From Azolla caroliniana (lineage: Eukaryota; Plantae; Polypodiophyta), in the NCBI GenBank assembly GCA_043228905.1, contig JBHGNT010000014.1, positions 2,790,001 to 2,854,000 on the forward strand: a stretch of DNA of 64,000 bases, written 5' to 3'. Positions 61,065 through 64,000 of the stretch are shown here, piece by piece. Numbering within the stretch: the stretch's first letter is position 1; every line of letters begins with the position of its first letter. Below the pieces are notes generated by a model, which did not search any database, was not told the origin of the DNA, and saw nothing but the letters and a program-made list of their open reading frames with translations. Both the position numbers and the translations under genes were made by a program.

Positions 61065-64000
61065 TGTCGAGGTATCCCTCGCGGATGCGTGGAATGAGGC
61101 GGGACCTTGGGGGTCCTGTACCGAAGAGCAAGAGAAAAGGAGAGGGGAAGAGACCCACAAGGTGCGAGCGTAGATTCACAGGGACACGGCCCTTCGACAC
61201 AGAGACGCGAGTGCGACAGCGACACAGAGAGACACAAATGTATGTAGAAATATATATAAACAAGACAAACAACAAGCACGAAGTCGGTTACAACCGAACA
61301 GGCCGGCGAACAGATGCCGATGCCTATTCGTAAACGTACAGAAAGGAAGAAGTAGGTTGGAGGTGCTGCCGGAAGCACTCGGGCATTCCTCCGAGCAGCG
61401 TGAGCCACTCGAAACCTGCACAGAAAGAAGGTATGGAGTTTGGAAGAGAGAGAAGCCTTCGGCCCGCAATCCGACAGCACTTCGTCCTCCCTTCCTTCGC
61501 GATCCCCCTCCCCTCCTTGTCTCCCTGCTTTTATAGGCAAGGAAGGAGCCGTTTCCTATTAACTTCCTACCTACCGAGGATCTTCTATGTACAACATAAG
61601 GCGCACGTGTATGAAGAGCCGGTTCCTACGCTCCGGTGCATCGATTCCGCTTGTGGACGGTTTTCTTCACGACATCCGCCCCCACCTAACCGCGCATCCA
61701 CCGGCATGCGCCAAATTGAGTTGGGACGGTAAAAACCGGTCCAGCCTTTATTCCCCGCCCATCAGTTCTTCTTCGGTTTCGGATTGTTCGTCGTCCCGGT
61801 CCAGGTTATCCGAATCCGGCTCGTCGTCGTGACGCTTCTTGAACGCTTTGATCCGCTTCCCAGCTACCGGTATCGCCATTCTCGTGCCATCGAGCTCCGC
61901 CAGATGGTACGTCCCGTTGTCATTGGCGCTTTGTACCATGTAAGCCCCGAACCACCTTCTTGCGAACTTCCGTGTTGCTCGGTGCTGGTTGTCGAGGCTG
62001 CTGTCGTAGACTAGCACCCAGTCGCCTTCCTCGATCTTCTTCGGTCGGAGCCGGTGCGTTCGGTCGAACCGGGCTTTGTTCCTCATCCTTGCCATCCGAA
62101 GCTTTTACGTAGCTCACTCTACGTTCTCCGGTCTTCGCTCGAGCTGCCGTATGCGCGCCGTCAACAGTTCCTCCCGGCTCATCTCGTCTCTCCAGTCCAC
62201 GGTTGCCCATGAGGAGATCGTACGTTCCATCGGCATGACCGGCTTCTGCCCAAACATGAGCTCTGCCGGCATGAATCCGGTTACCGAACTGTGCGTAGTT
62301 CGGTCAGCCCATAACGCGTAAGGCAACAACCGCGGCCAGCTCCCGAGTTGACCTCCGCATGATCGAACTAACGCCTTGACGATCGGTCCGTGTCCGCGCT
62401 CCACCTTCCCATTCGCCTCCGGATTGTACGCAGTGGTAAGCGAGAGCTTGACTCCTAGCCGGTCGAACAGCTCCTCGGCCTCTTCGGCGTCCAACTCCCC
62501 GCGATCGGCCACGATCTTCCCGACGCACCCGTACCGGCATATCACGTCCTCGATCAGGAACCGACATACGGCCGCGGTCGTTTTGTTCCCGAGCCAGATC
62601 TTCCCGAGCCAGGACCAGATACCACATCTGTCCTACGCCCATTGGCATCGTCACCAGATCTACCATCCATTTGAAGTGGATGGTCGGAGGGTACGTAGGG
62701 TGAAGCTCGTCCCGATGCCGGACTATGGAGTGCATTTGACAGCTCTCGCAAGTTGTCACGAACCGATGCACGTCCCGGTACAATCTCGGCCACCAGTACT
62801 TCCCCTTTATCTTCTCGAACGCGGCCCACGTTCCACGGTGTCCGGCCCAAGGGCTGTCGTGGTAGCCCATCAGTAGCTCCTCCTGTTCTTCCTTCATCGC
62901 CACCACCCGGAGCGGGACGCCGTTCCTCTTCTTCGGGTGCTTCCATAAGTATCCGTCCCGGAGAAAGAATCGGTAAGCTTTCTTCCGGATCTGGTTGGCC
63001 TCGTCCTTCATCCACGACGCATCCGGCGTCATCGTCCTCAAAAATCCACCGATCTGGAGCCACTCGCCGTCGTACTTGCTCTCGCCGAAGTCGTTAAGTG
63101 CCGGAGTGCTCGTCCCATCGGTCGTCACGTACGCTGCCTTGAAGAAGTCCATGCCGACTTCTTCGTCCTCCGAAACCATGCCGCCCTCGTCATCAAACCT
63201 CGCCCTCGAAAGCATGTCGGCCATGGCGTTGTCCTTTCCGGAAATGTGCCGTATTTGCCGGGTCCAGGGACTTGATGTACGCTATCCACCTATGCATCGC
63301 TAGGTCCGGTGTCGCGCATCCGGAAACCATGCCGAGAATTGGCAGGCAATCCGTCTCGATCATCACTTCTGTCCCGATCAGGTAGTTTTTGTCGGCCTTT
63401 ACTGCCGAAACGATACCCCAGAGTTCGCGTTTAACCTGGGCGTACCCTTGTTGTCGCTCACTGAGGACCTTCGCGCCAAATCGGATCGGGAACCGAATGC
63501 CATCCTCGTCTTCTTGGTTGACGACCCATCCGATCCCGGTCGGACTAGTATACACCGTTATGTATACCAGGGTACCCTTCTCGTAGACAGCCTTCCGGAG
63601 CGCCGGTGCTGCCGCAAGAGCTTCCTTCAGCTTCCGGACCGACTCCGTGTGCTCGTCTCGCCACTCGAATTTTCACCTTTTCTTCAGCAACCCGTATAGC
63701 GGCTCCGCAACGTGGGCGTAATGCGGGATCCATATGTGGTAGAACGCGCATGCCCCCAGGAACCTCCGAACTTCCGTAACCGAGCTACAGTCGGTCTTCA
63801 TCGCGGAGATGGCTTCTACCTTTGCCAGAGACGGCTTCCGGCCATATGGTCCACATAGGTGTCCGACCACCAGGATTTCCGATTGCCCGAAGGCCGATTT
63901 CTCCCCGGAGAAGGTGAGCCTCGCATCCTCTAGCCTTTGTAGCACCTTCTCGCAGTCGTCGATGTGTGTTGCCACGAATCGCCGGCATCCGTTCGGCCCG
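61065..64000 (-). mobile_element. Gypsy element G (B-related pol), 3' LTR 61065-61674; frameshifted INT/RH/RT run off the window
   Basis: LTR TGTCG...CGACA flanked by GCGT, PPT GGTGGGGGCGGA; peptides ICRYGCVGKIVADRGELD and SGEKSAFGQ are shared with B. Confidence 0.88.

Overview
Eukaryotic, land-plant DNA. A spliced delta-tubulin gene beside a PMEI gene points to a lineage with flagellated sperm (bryophyte, lycophyte or fern type; inference). 1-9 kb holds the two host genes. 12.4-15.8 kb is a hAT transposase with an intact ORF. The most unusual block is 15.9-22.6 kb. It has a six-exon (pseudo)gene fusing a ParB/Srx-like domain to a bacterial-type beta-class amino (N6A/N4C) DNA methyltransferase. 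Its first intron holds five 25-bp palindromes spaced exactly 51 bp apart, and it sits head-to-head with a truncated Sola-like transposase N-terminus, so it may be a DNA transposon carrying its own methylase and parS-like sites. 24-64 kb is a retrotransposon nest six layers deep: LINE > Gypsy A > Gypsy B > Copia C > gag-only D > intact chromovirus E. A second LINE copy follows, hit by elements F and G. The tRNA-Trp-primed Gypsy elements make 4-bp TSDs centred on CpG, and several LTR families carry antisense tRNA-like A/B boxes. All family assignments are by motif recognition; no searches were run.
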